DNA of 62,973 nucleotides, counting the filler, from Sphaeroforma arctica JP610 (taxonomy: Eukaryota), in assembly GCF_001186125.1 (NCBI RefSeq). It is 6 parts of 2 records of this genome, joined end to end, with 100 filler letters (N's around TTAATTAATTAA, not from the genome) between each part and the next. Parts side by side here need not be neighbours in the genome. Positions count along the whole stretch, not along the records: positions 1 to 21,597 come from NW_014040548.1; positions 21,698 to 28,291 come from NW_014040547.1; 4 more parts are not named here. One strand, 5' to 3'. The position numbers and the translations under genes were made by a program. Below are positions 14,251 to 26,551 of the stretch, piece by piece; position 1 is the stretch's first letter; each line of letters opens with the position of its first letter. The notes under the pieces are model-generated. The model was not told the DNA's origin, searched no databases, and saw only the letters and a list, made by a program, of their open reading frames with translations.

Positions 14251-15419
14251 CTACTCGCGGATAATCTGTACGATAATTACAAATATTTGTGTAGATTGCT
14301 GGCTTTACATTTAGGTAGTCATTTCTTTGTTAGACCTACAACCAATACCTTGTTATATAGTAGATCTTAAGTCGAAATGTGCTTCAGTATTTCTCAGTGA
14401 AACTCCTGTTGGGCTGCGGTGAGTATATAGTTAATGCAAACATACTACATGATGAGATGATTTCAAATTGCTATGTAGCATTGAATACTAAAATTAAGCT
14501 ACATAATTTATAGTAAAACATTGAAAAGTTAGGCTGTAAAGGCAAGGTTCTGAAGTAAGTATATCTTAGGATATAAGTGCAGTTGCTGTTCACAGAGTAA
14601 TAGTATGAATACCTATAGTGGGGTTATTGATCGTAATAGCAGATAGTTACTCTAAAAGCAGAGGATCAAGGTAGGTGGTCAAGGAGAGGTCAAGTCTACA
14701 TGCAATAGAGAAGATTTTTTTACCTTGCAAACAAGGAGTACACATTTCTTGCATAAAGGAGCTAACGTGGGCTAACTATCTGCCTTTTCTTGTAGCGACA
14801 GCTGAAGAGAATTTAATTGCATGAAATTTAATTTTTTTTGGCATGATCCCAAGACGGTGTTGATAGGCTATAAAGGTCAGCTAAAGTATGAATGAGTCTT
14901 AAAATTTATGTGTATGAGACCTAGAATTTAAGTGTAGTTGTTAATCACTGAAAATTATCGACTCACTTGTATTAGTTTGAGCTCTTATCATGGGAATATT
15001 GACCGTAAAAGAATATATTAAACGTATAAACAAATGATTGAGAAGGTTGGTCAAGAAGATGGTGAAGTCTACATCTTGTCTATTGAACTATATTAGAGAA
15101 GGGTATGCTATCTTGTCAACAAGAATGCACATCTCTTGAACCAGCGCGCACTACATGCAATGGATACCGTACAATTTTTGTGTGTATTGTTAAAAATTAG
15201 AAGCTAACTCTACTACACTAGGCCAATTAATTGAATTTTCCTTTAGCGACAGCAGCTGAAAGGCATTTAATTATACGACTTTTTTTGGCATAATCTCAAG
15301 GCGGTGTTGTCTGTTCTTACTATAAAAGCTATCCACTCCATATAAAGTATACTTCTCCTTTCTGGGGTCCAACAATGGTTGACCCCCTATATCCTCAAAA
15401 ATTGCTTGAGGACAAGATA

Positions 15420-16140
15420 GCCCCTTACCGTTATGCCAATTTAAAAGTTCACGGTATTTTGTTAAAAAAAATAGCCGGGCCTAACTTACATTTCTTATGC
15501 TTAGGCAGGTCCAAAAGTTGCGGCTGTCCAACAACTCCAGCTAAACCATCTAACGCTGGAAAAGAATGAGCAGCGGGTAATAAAGAAGGCTTAGAAGTAC
15601 ACAAGGTAATTTCTCACATTATTCGCCTCATTTAATTATTTATCTAACTTAGCTAGGATCAACATATCCTCACTTATGATTGATGTTTTTAAAAATTGCA
15701 ACTCTGCTTCTCTCTCTTCTGCAGTGAAAGAAAGCCTAGCCTTCTTGGTTGGTGGCTGCACCCAGTTAAGTGGTAATGATATCGGGGTTTCCCCATCCCT
15801 TGGAATTCTAGTAAATAACACCGAACCAACACCTATCTGACTAGCATCTGAGAAGGAATGCAGATGATGATAGGATGTGGTGTACCTTGGTAGATGCTAT
15901 TCGTAATAGCCGTAATCAAGGCACAAAACGTTGCATTGCAAGTAGCTGTCCCATCACCAACAAGGCGACGATTCTTCTGTAACAAGTCCGTAAGCGGTGC
16001 TAACATCATCGCTAGATTTGCTAAGTGTGTCTACCACCAATTTAACGTTGCTACAGAGTTTTGGACTGCTTATTTATCAGCTGGTGCTACTATCCTAGTT
16101 ATGGCCTCCTTTTGTTTAGAAGAAACTGTATTAAACTATC
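15420..16140 (-). mobile_element. Ty3/Gypsy pol fragment (RT connection + RNase H N-terminus)
   Basis: Minus-strand translation: AVQNSVATLNWW*THLANLAMMLAPLTDLLQKN...TFCALITAIT, then HHLHSFSDASQIGVGSVLFTRIP (RNase H DAS motif). Homologous to 56370-57045. Confidence 0.75.
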
Positions 16141-16143
16141 AAT

Positions 16144-18900
16144 TTACGGACGGCCATAATATATAATCGATTCACATTTATAGCGAGCGAATTGGCACTG
16201 AGAAGGCCTTAGCCTAATGTTGCAATCCCATGCTATCATCGCATATGACTTGCAATGCCTTCCAGTTTCTTTGCTCAAAGCTATGTCATATTTTGCATAT
16301 TCCTTCATGTACAAAATGCCGAAATACTTTCTCCATTTCAAGAAATATCTGGTCTAGAAAAGGTTGTAAATAGGTCATCATCTTGGCTCCGAATATACCT
16401 GCAATAGGTTGCCAGACTTTGTCTTCTGAAGTAATCCACGTGAGATAACCTCCACTACGCTTTGTATACTCCAATTGGTTCAGGCTACATGTCATATCAA
16501 AGCATGAACGGATATCTGCCGAATGTAAATGTTCCAGGCACTCGTCCTCAGGCATCGGGAAAGGATCATCATCAAAATTGGGATTGGTAACTACATAATC
16601 TGGACAATAGCGGATATATTTTATCGGCTTAGGCTCAGCTCGCAAATCCTTACACGCCAGTACCGCTGACGATAAAATCTTGCTAAAGAAATATCCAGGC
16701 TCAATTATGCCTTTCTTAAAAACATTATCACATATTTCAGGCTCCCATTCAACCAATTGGGAATCACTCTGCTTGTACATGATACGCCTTGGTACTACAT
16801 CAGACTTTATACGAATATACACTGCACATCCTTTAATAAAATTATGATGTTTTTCATCGCAGCTAGTCTATTATATGCATCCTTCATTTTTTGTATTTGC
16901 AGTGGTGTCTTGTTGTATTTGCAGTGGTGTCTTGTGTATTCTCGAGCCCAAATTTTCTATACCTCTGACGTCAAATTCCTCCACCTCAGATGGAGATGCC
17001 TATTTTTACGCTGATACTCCAGCTCGGCTACCTAGTCCACAATTGTAGACACCAAAGTTCTCACGAATTCTTCATTTGAAGATTGCTGTTGCAGCTTCAA
17101 TTCAACAGCTGGTTGAGTCCTTAAAAGATTCCACCACGTATGAATTAGATGCTTTTCTTGTGCTCTTAACCCAAATAGAATCTGCCAATCCATAGGCACT
17201 TCGTTCGTTATATGAAAAGTAGTTGGTTTAAATCTTTCTCGTTAAAGATCTCAAAAAGTGTTGGCATTGTACGATACTGTGTAGCTGGGTCTAGCATTAC
17301 TCCACCGAAAGAAATCATATGAACTGAGTTCATGTACATTACTTCTTAGCCATTCAAAACTACCAGTCAGGGAGAGCCCCATCAACTTCTCGCTCCTTAC
17401 GCACACAAGCACTGTGATAAGCTTGTGACTTTTTCCCCGAAAAACCTTGGCCATTGACCTCTTCCATAAAGGATGCTGTCTTTGCAAAACCCACATACTT
17501 ATGAAGAGCTAGAAATGCGGATCTCTGAACTCCTGTTGTACATGCATTGAAGAAACACATCTGTTTGATATGCACTTCTTCTGCCTGTGATATCCTTTAT
17601 TAATCTAGGGTTACGTCTCAAGATCTCGAACAACTTCGGGGCATAATAAGCATCCGCCACCAAAGGACAAATAAATGCATACGCTGACGTACAATCAATT
17701 GCAGCAGTGCCTACCAGATGATATTCAAACATATGGTCCGTAACAATTTTACTTGGAAAGGGGTCATTCCATTTTCCAGTCCGGTAGCCTCCATAATATT
17801 AACCAGGCTACTGTGGAACCCACCCTGTTTTATGCAGGTCCCAAACGAATCCATCACCATACCCTTTCTTTTTACCTCGGTGATCAAAAGCATCTTACTA
17901 ATCTCTAATAATTCATTCCGAGATGAAGAGAAACAAAAAGGGCCCATTGGTTTAGGAGCACGCATTTGTTGATTAACGGTAGAAGACTCAAATCTCTGGG
18001 ATAAAACCTCTTGCCGGTCTGGATGTACCTGGAACGAGGTTCAAATTAGGTGAATCCTCACTTTGGAATTCTCTAGAACGCAAAAGACGATCTCTTAAGG
18101 CTGCTTTCACTGATTTCTCTTTCACAGAGAATAAGAACGCCTCAAATCCCAAGGCTACAGTCTTCTTTGGGTTCTGCGCCTGCTTGCAGAGTAATGCCCA
18201 TGCCTGATAAACCAGATGTTCGTGGAGAGTCTGTAACCCGTGGTAGTCATGCCGATGCTGTAGCTATTGTAGTACATCTGGTCTATTTGGCGGTAGATTG
18301 GGGCCCACTGAAAGACGCCTTATTAAGCTACTCAAGCAAGTTGGCTGGAAGTAGTAGCCCTATCTCCGGGGCATACTGAACAGAATTATCCACCAGTATG
18401 ATAGTCAAGCAGTTCGAACAGGAACGTGTCAGTTGCTATCATGGCAATGGGTATAGCTTTTATGAAAGGGTTTGTCTCGGTTCGTGATGGGAAGCTCTTT
18501 CTTTACAAGCCGATATTAGTATTGGTGGCGAGCTTTCCCTGCTATCTCCTTAGTTTTGAGACGTTGTGTGGTATTATGCCAGATCTGTTCGCGGAGCATA
18601 CGAGTTCTTTGTGTTAAGGTGTACCCGCCCCTCGATTCCATAAAAGCGTAAATACTGAACGGGAATTTGTTTGGAGGTCTGTTACGTGTCCAAGCGAGAA
18701 TAATATACGAAAAAGCATACGCTGGTATTTGGGGAGCACTCAGACGACGGAATATTCTTATCCTTTTCGTCATTGAGGTCGGAGGAGACCAGCAATTAGC
18801 TACAGGAGTTGATGACAATATTCCGCCAAGAAGGCTGTTTTGTTGCGAATTACTGAAATATCTGAATTTAATCCCACAATTTTCGCAATACAAAGTCTCA
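16144..18900 (-). mobile_element. Decayed long coding region, possibly a KDZ/CxC-like transposase
   Basis: Successive minus-strand ORFs (18516-18893, 17711-17965, 17499-17732, 16286-16822, 16144-16341) with CENCG, CGFC, KRSGGYLTW and AWDCN motifs. No splice structure seen; identity unconfirmed. Confidence 0.3.
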
Positions 18901-21747
18901 GTTACATATTCGCAGAGGGTTGTTCATCATACCATCGAGCCATTTCATATCGATTCTAAACCAAGCGTATGGGAAGGCACGCCTGGGAGGAACAACAATG
19001 GACGTATAGGTGTATAGTCCGATAGGGAGTGTAAAATAATATAGTGTTATTGGTCGCAGGTCAACGGGAATGTGAATTAATTAGCTATATTAGTCCATAT
19101 TAGCTCGGAATAACCAGTCCATGTCATATGTAGTTAAATGGATGGGGTTGCGATTACAATTTGAGCGAAGAGTATCAGATGGGAAGTACGAAAACGACGC
19201 GAGCGCAAAACAGAGGTTTCTATGACTTTGGGTAGATTGTGATTCAATGAACAGAGAATACTAAAAGTATTATATAGATTCTAGATGCACGCATGCAAAA
19301 ATCGAATATTGTGTGCTTTTCACTTGAATTCGAATTAACGCACAGTATGTCTTCCATCGTCGCATCACTCCAATCTCCACAGAACCTCTACAACGAATAT
19401 GAAGCCTGATGCGCGTGTAGATATATAATAATTTACCCCAAACTGAAATAAATAATATTATCCTTATCGCGTTTCTTATATTGAGATAAATGTATATATA
19501 GTGTAGGAGTTCGCTCTCACAACAATCGTGTAGTTATTATCCCGGACGGAATTTCCGCCGTCGAAAGAGTGGTCTGTACCAGTTTACACACCGCCGCCTC
19601 ATCACCCACAGTGTGTTCTTTTCTAATATTGAACGCATGGAACTCAGGCAGCAATCCCAAATACTGGAGTACCAGCACGTACAATTTTTAGCTCATCTTG
19701 TGTTATCACTTGCACTGGCCGCTGCAGCACCAGCACATTACACTACAGTGCTGCATTACCATATAACACTGCTATTGCAGCGCCATCGCCGATGTTCGCC
19801 ACCCCTGCTGCGCCAAATCAGATTCCTGCAGCTATAAGAAAATAAGAATGTAGGCTACTGCCATCTTGAAATAAAAAGATTACCATCTATACGGAAAATA
19901 ATTCAGTGCAAACAGAGAAAATAACTGACGGAATATAGGCTGTGACCAATCAGGCTGTTCTTGCATAATTTACACTATTTTTAATAATTAAAAGTCCGAG
20001 GTATGTAGGACATTTCATTTAAAAAAAAATAGAACTAAAAGTAGGAGTAGGTGATAACATAGCCTCAGGTAAAATCCTTTTCAGTGCTCCAAAAAAATTT
20101 AATAGGTGTATATATACACCTATTTGGAATGTCATTTACCGATTTGGACAAAATATCCTTTTATTTGTTGTAGGTCGCTAGTTTGATTCATTCCTTCATA
20201 TCTACCCACTATACACATACATTCAAACACTTTTTTTCCCGAAACTATCTTTCGTTTAGCTAGGCCCGAAGTCTTGTCTTCATATGAAGTACAGCAATAT
20301 GATGAGGTCAGGGTCGAAAGTATCATTCAGGAGCCGATTGGGTATCGAAGGAAGTACTGAATGTTCTCCATTTCATGCAGATTTTTGCACCTCTTGCCTC
20401 TTGTAGCCCAACAATATAACTTCTCTTGCCCCGAAGATTTTGTTGGTGCCCGCGTTGACTGATGCTCAAGTTTCATGTAGATACCCATTGGTTGAAGCCT
20501 TGATGGGCCACTTTGCGGTACAATGTGTCTCAATCATCAAGCAAGAAAGTGTGAAGGTTGGCAATGAAGTTGCAAGGCACTAAACCCCCAGAACTATTTT
20601 ACACTTGAAAGAGGACTTAGAATGTGATGTGTAGACTGATGAATATGCCTAACGACCCGCTCCAAAAAGATGATATTTTCTCAAATTTGGCTTTTAGAAT
20701 GATTTGATACATTGTATGTAATGGAAAAGCACCGTCCCTTGATTCGAATAGCTTGTTGGTGTCTGCGTTGACTAATAATGAAGTTACAAAGGGACATTAG
20801 TCCATTAGTGGACTAGTATGTCGTGCACTATATCCCAATCACCAAGCAATGAAGTGCAAAGGCTAGTGATAAACTTGCTGTAGACTAGACCAGTAGAAGC
20901 TCTCATCATTAACTTGTAGACGAGGAAGCCTTAAAAAACACGATGTGTAGACGAACAAGCGAACATAACGACCCACCCTACAAAAATCTAATAATGAAGT
21001 TGCACGGGGACATCTCGGGTTCAAATATTGGTGGACTACAAGTATGCCGATATCCCAATCAACAAGCAACCGAAAGCTAGTAAAAAAATTGCAGTACTCT
21101 AAACAATCAGAAGCTTTCAACTCCGGCTAGATTAAGCAGACTTAAAACGCAATGGACAGACTAGTATGCGTACATAACGACCTGCACCTAACAAAAACAA
21201 AGTCAAGACAAATCTTAATGTCATAGTAGTCTAAATCAGATCAGGCGAGAACAATGAATGCTGGGCAATGGTGGTCTTGTATTATTAAACCCAAGTAGTC
21301 AGAACGCGTACCTTTCACTGCCTAATTTGCCACAACGGCACGACAGTCAGTCGATTCAACAATGACTTTTGCATACTATCACAACTATTGGTAGACACCA
21401 TCGTCCGATTTGATACATCGGATGTGGTAGCAGCGGTCAGGTAAAACAAAGAATCAAATTTATTAAAATCGAGGTTACCAAAGAAGAAGTTGTTTATCAT
21501 ATGAATGGAACTCTTGAAAGAAACTGCAAACAAAGGAAAAGCTTGGAGATCGACAGTCGAAAATTCAAATCACAGAAGTGTTTGGTCAAGTAGGCTCNNN
21601 NNNNNNNNNNNNNNNNNNNNNNNNNNNNNNNNNNNNNNNNNTTAATTAATTAANNNNNNNNNNNNNNNNNNNNNNNNNNNNNNNNNNNNNNNNNNNNTTT
21701 TAAATTGTATAGTTAGTCTCTCTCCCTTACCCTTCTAAATGATGCAG

Positions 21748-24700
21748 GTGTGCTATGAGCTATTGGAGCACTTCTACATCGCAGTGCGGTTGGTGGTTGT
21801 GGCTGCCAAGCTGGGTGGCTTAGAGTTTGCCCTTAGATACCTAGTAATGGAACATATACTGCCTGACCCGCGGCAGAATCCAGGACAAACCACGCCCTAC
21901 TGTGGCTCTGACCAGGTGCAGGCAATATTGGACCCGCTGGTGCAGATGTGGAGGGTGTAGGGCCATCGATTCGTGCGGTTGCAGCAGTTGCAAACTGTGT
22001 TGGGCGAGCAGAAAGTGTGTGCATGTGAGTGTGTGTTGGTGAGTGTTGTCTAGCGTATATATGTTGTTATGAGCATATGTACATGCATGTGTACTGTGGG
22101 ATTGTAGGTGGTGTGTGCATGTGAGTGTGTGTTGGTGAGTGTAGTATAGTGTGCATATGTTGTTGCGTGTATATGTATGTGCATGTGTACTGTGGGATTG
22201 TAAGTGGTGTGTGCATGTGAGTGAGTGTTGATGAGTGTAGTATAGTGTTTATATGTTGTTGTGTGCATATGTAAGTGAATCTGTGGGATTGTAAACGTTG
22301 TGCGTAGCATAGAAGTTTGCAAATCGCTTTTGCTCGTGTTTTCCTATGTAAGGTCTGCGATCATCTGTAGCACTGTATTGTGTGCAGGTATGTACTGTAT
22401 GTATATATATATATATATATAGTGTATATATTCGTATGGTAGTTGTTCAATATATGTTGTATGCCTATATATATGTGGTACATACATTCGTATAGTATTT
22501 GTTAACATGTGTTGTATGTGTGTATATGAGGTGAGTACATTCGTGTCCATGGTATCTGTGCACATATGTGACATACGCAGATGTATACATCTCAACCACC
22601 CTCCACAACACACTAATAATCAACCCATGTACATCCCCGTACAGAGCACGTATGGGCCCCATCTGCGATGCATCGTCTACTTCGAGCAGCGGCTGTGTAC
22701 TCATATCGCACACGACTACCTACGCACAAGCGCAAAGAGAATGCGCACGGCAGTTGTGTATGGCGCAGGAGCTGTCACACGACAAATAGGTCTCACTCCT
22801 AATGCTGTGAGGAGGTAAGCGACGACGTGGCGGTTGGAAAGGGTATACTGCCGAAAGTCATTGANNNNNNNNNNNNNNNNNNNNNNNNNNNNNNNNNNNN
22901 NNNNNNNNNNNNNNNNNNNNNNNNNNNNNNNNNNNNNNNNNNNNNNNNNNNNNNNNNNNNNNNNNNNNNNNNNNNNNNNNNNNNNNNNNNNNNNNNNNNN
23001 NNNNNNNNNNNNNNNNNNNNNNNNNNNNNNNNNNNNNNNNNNNNNNNNNNNNNNNNNNNNNNNNNNNNNNNNNNNNNNNNNNNNNNNNNNNNNNNNNNNN
23101 NNNNNNNNNNNNNNNNNNNNNNNNNNNNNNNNNNNNNNNNNNNNNNNNNNNNNNNNNNNNNNNNNNNNNNNNNNNNNNNNNNNNNNNNNNNNNNNNNNNN
23201 NNNNNNNNNNNNNNNNNNNNNNNNNNNNNNNNNNNNNNNNNNNNNNNNNNNNNNNNNNNNNNNNNNNNNNNNNNNNNNNNNNNNNNNNNNNNNNNNNNNN
23301 NNNNNNNNNNNNNNNNNNNNNNNNNNNNNNNNNNNNNNNNNNNNNNNNNNNNNNNNNNNNNNNNNNNNNNNNNNNNNNNNNNNNNNNNNNNNNNNNNNNN
23401 NNNNNNNNNNNNNNNNNNNNNNNNNNNNNNNNNNNNNNNNNNNNNNNNNNNNNNNNNNNNNNNNNNNNNNNNNNNNNNNNNNNNNNNNNNNNNNNNNNNN
23501 NNNNNNNNNNNNNNNNNNNNNNNNNNNNNNNNNNNNNNNNNNNNNNNNNNNNNNNNNNNNNNNNNNNNNNNNNNNNNNNNNNNNNNNNNNNNNNNNNNNN
23601 NNNNNNNNNNNNNNNNNNNNNNNNNNNNNNNNNNNNNNNNNNNNNNNNNNNNNNNNNNNNNNNNNNNNNNNNNNNNNNNNNNNNNNNNNNNNNNNNNNNN
23701 NNNNNNNNNNNNNNNNNNNNNNNNNNNNNNNNNNNNNNNNNNNNNNNNNNNNNNNNNNNNNNNNNNNNNNNNNNNNNNNNNNNNNNNNNNNNNNNNNNNN
23801 NNNNNNNNNNNNNNNNNNNNNTCAAGTGTACCATCAACATCTCTCCCATCGCTCCCTTGAACTAAATGCTCGCCCCTCCCTACCTACATGTCAGCGTTCT
23901 GGCTGACTTTGCCAGTGGGAGTGTGTGTGTTCTGCTGTCTACTTCCGTGACAGGGGAAGGGCTCGACATCCCCTCCGCCAACACCGTGATCCGCTTTGAC
24001 AGCATTTTGACACCGACATCTCTGGTGCAGAGCAGAGGCCGTGCCCGTGCACACGACAGTCGCTTTGTGGTCATGGGAGACGGGTTAGCACGACGCAAGA
24101 GTGTACGTCACATGCACACAGGTGAACTGGCGCAGATGGCCGCTATACACGCCATTGCTAAGGAGGCTCGCTCTAATGGGGGTGTGGAGAGTGACACCTG
24201 GAGCACCGACGAGGGTGCGGTGGAGCGGGAGAACGCGCGCGCGACGCGTAAGACGCGCGCGGCAAAGCGCGCGAGGGAGCGCGCGGAAGGGCTTGGGCGT
24301 GAGGAGAGGAGAGAAGGGGCGGTGCCGGAGTGGGATGGGACGTTTGTGTATGGGCCGAAGCATCTGAAGGCTGGTGGGGAGTATATAGTTGTCATGGGAA
24401 CGGACACGGGCGATGTGAACGCGTGCACTGTGCGCAACGGGACGGACGGCGCACACGAAAGTGCCAATGCACACGAAAGTACACCAGCACATGAACATGA
24501 ACATGTGCAGGGCTACATCAAGGCAGGAGAGCCTGCGCAAGCAGAGGACAATGGTACCTACAAGCACGTGGAGGGGGGCCTGGCAGAGATAGAGGGCGAG
24601 AGTACGCCTCTACAGTATGGTGAATATGAGCGTGGAGAGACCTCTGGAGACGCGCAGCTGTGTACACAGGGCCAGCTAGAAGCGCGCACGCGTGTGGGTA

Positions 24701-26551
24701 GTCATAACACGCGTGAGGGAGCAAGCAGGAGCCACAGCCCCACGGAACCCACCGTCACCCGTAACCACGCAAAGGAGTTTCTGACGCGCATGGCCCAGTC
24801 GACGAACACGGCGGGTGCACCGGGATCACGCGAAAGAGGTGTATGTGATAGCATGCAACAGACCACCAGGACACACGCACCACCTGTGTCTACGCAGGCT
24901 CAAGGGGTGGGCCTTAACGACGCTACGCCAGTCACTGTGCGCACGGCACGTACTTACGTGTCAGCCGAACAGAGGGCCAGCAGTCACACAGCCTCTTTCA
25001 CACAGGCACACCAACCACGCCCACTGCCAAGAACACCCACACACGAGACACCCACACACAAGACACACACACACAAGACACACACACACTCACACCCACA
25101 CACTCACACACTCCCACGAAGCGAACGGGAGCTTATGCATTCTCCGCCTCTATCACAACGTCACTCGCGTCTACATACACTATGTAATCAGACGCAAGAC
25201 GGCAAAAACCAGGTTTACAGCAGAGAAAACCAGGTTTACAGGGACAGGTCAGAGGATACTGGGGTACAGGCAGACGTCAGTCAGTCTGTATACGCGCTAC
25301 TGTTTTCGAGCGATGAGGACGATGACAAGGCCGCCGTCCCGCTTTCAAAGCGGTATGATGAACCTACCTACCAGCCTTCAGAAGCACCGAGCACACCCAC
25401 ACGAGACCATGGCACAGACGTACACGCAGAGCACCACGTGACACGTACACAGCCCACAGCAACACATGCACAGCACACGACGGCCCATCCACACGAGAGG
25501 CTCGCGCGTGCACAGGACATGCCCACACGTGCGAACATCGCGAATTGTGTCTCAACGCCTCGTCCCACTGCGAGTGCGCGTGCGCGTGTGGACACACACA
25601 GCAATGCCAATTCCTCCACTGCCATGCAGCGACAGACGCACAAGGCACACGAAACGAATGGCCTACGCGTCTGTGTCTGTGTCTGCGGCAGAGACAGAGA
25701 CACAAACACAAGCACAGTGTGTGCGTGAGGCAGGGCATATGCCACCAACGGTTGCTGCTGCAAACGTGGGTGGGGCTAGGGAGGGGCCTGAGACCACTGT
25801 GGTGTATGGGCAGGGTTTGGGTGACACCTCCGCGTGCGAGAGGGTGTGTGGGGACTTTCGTGTGGAGGGGTTGTTGTGCCGTGCGGCTGAGACACAGACG
25901 GTAGGTAAGCGCAAGAGCACACGGGCGAATATAGACACGCGCACAGTCAAGCGGCGGTACGTAACCACAGGCACAGCCGCACACGACCTCGACGGGACTG
26001 GTGGGGACCAGAATGGGCCAACCACGGCTAACAAGGGGCCTAACAATGGGCCTAATAATGGGCCTAACAATAAGCCTAGCCAGACCGAGATACGGGACAG
26101 GGAGTTGTGGTACGATCACATCGGAGACGCAGCCCTGGCTACCCACCCCGTACCCCATCGGCCCTGTGAAGACACACCGCAGCGATGTCAGACACACACG
26201 AGCACATTGGGCAAACAGGCGCAGCCGCAAGACGTTGACTACACACCCCTGTCACGCTCACATGTGTTTCAGGCGTGGGGGGACTTAAGCGCTGAGTCGG
26301 TGCGACGGTTAGCGTGCGAGGAGGCGGAGAAGTGTGCGCGACTGCGGGCACAGCAGAGCGGCAACGGCACACACACCACATCGAGAGACAGGGATGACCA
26401 CGTGGGGGATGTAACTAAACACGTGGACGAAGCAACTAAACACGTGGACGATGGGGATGGACCCACAGACGAGGTCGAGTACAAACGCACGGGCCGGCAT
26501 GAGGGCCAGCGGAGGTACGTATGTGACGGTGCACCAGAAGAGAAAGGATAG
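21748..26551 (+). CDS. Dicer/RIG-I-like SF2 RNA helicase (Hel2i-like segment + HELICc) with long disordered C-terminus; 5' part missing
   Basis: Exons 21748-21954, 22645-22814 and 23895-onward are phase-compatible. They give SDQVQAILDPLVQMWRSTYGPHLRCIVYFEQR (motif IV), LADFASGSVCVLLSTSVTGEGLDIPSANTVIRFD (motif V) and SLVQSRGRARAHDS (motif VI; QSRGRAR is typical of Dicer-family helicases). The tail changes frame near 25650-25730. A further exon may lie at 27369-27722. The N-terminal DExD/H domain is not seen (gap at 21598-21697). Confidence 0.8.
22016..22310. repeat. Degenerate ~97-bp tandem repeat (about 3 copies) in helicase intron
   Basis: GTGTGTGCATGTGAGTGTGTGTTGGTGAGTGT...TGTGGGATTGTA recurs near 22016, 22111 and 22208. 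Confidence 0.8.

Noticed and set aside
14600..15320. Degenerate direct duplication (also ~20550-21230) as LTR pairs
   Set aside because: Copies are adjacent and enclose no internal domain, and no TG..CA termini or TSDs were found; treated as old local duplications.
21598..21697. TTAATTAATTAA palindrome inside N runs (also at ~28336, 33240, 40615, 58906)
   Set aside because: Identical motif centred in 100-base gaps with stops in all six frames: an assembly linker, not biology.
22716..23906. Long ORFs made of X residues (also 54228-54663)
   Set aside because: Artefacts of translating through N gaps.
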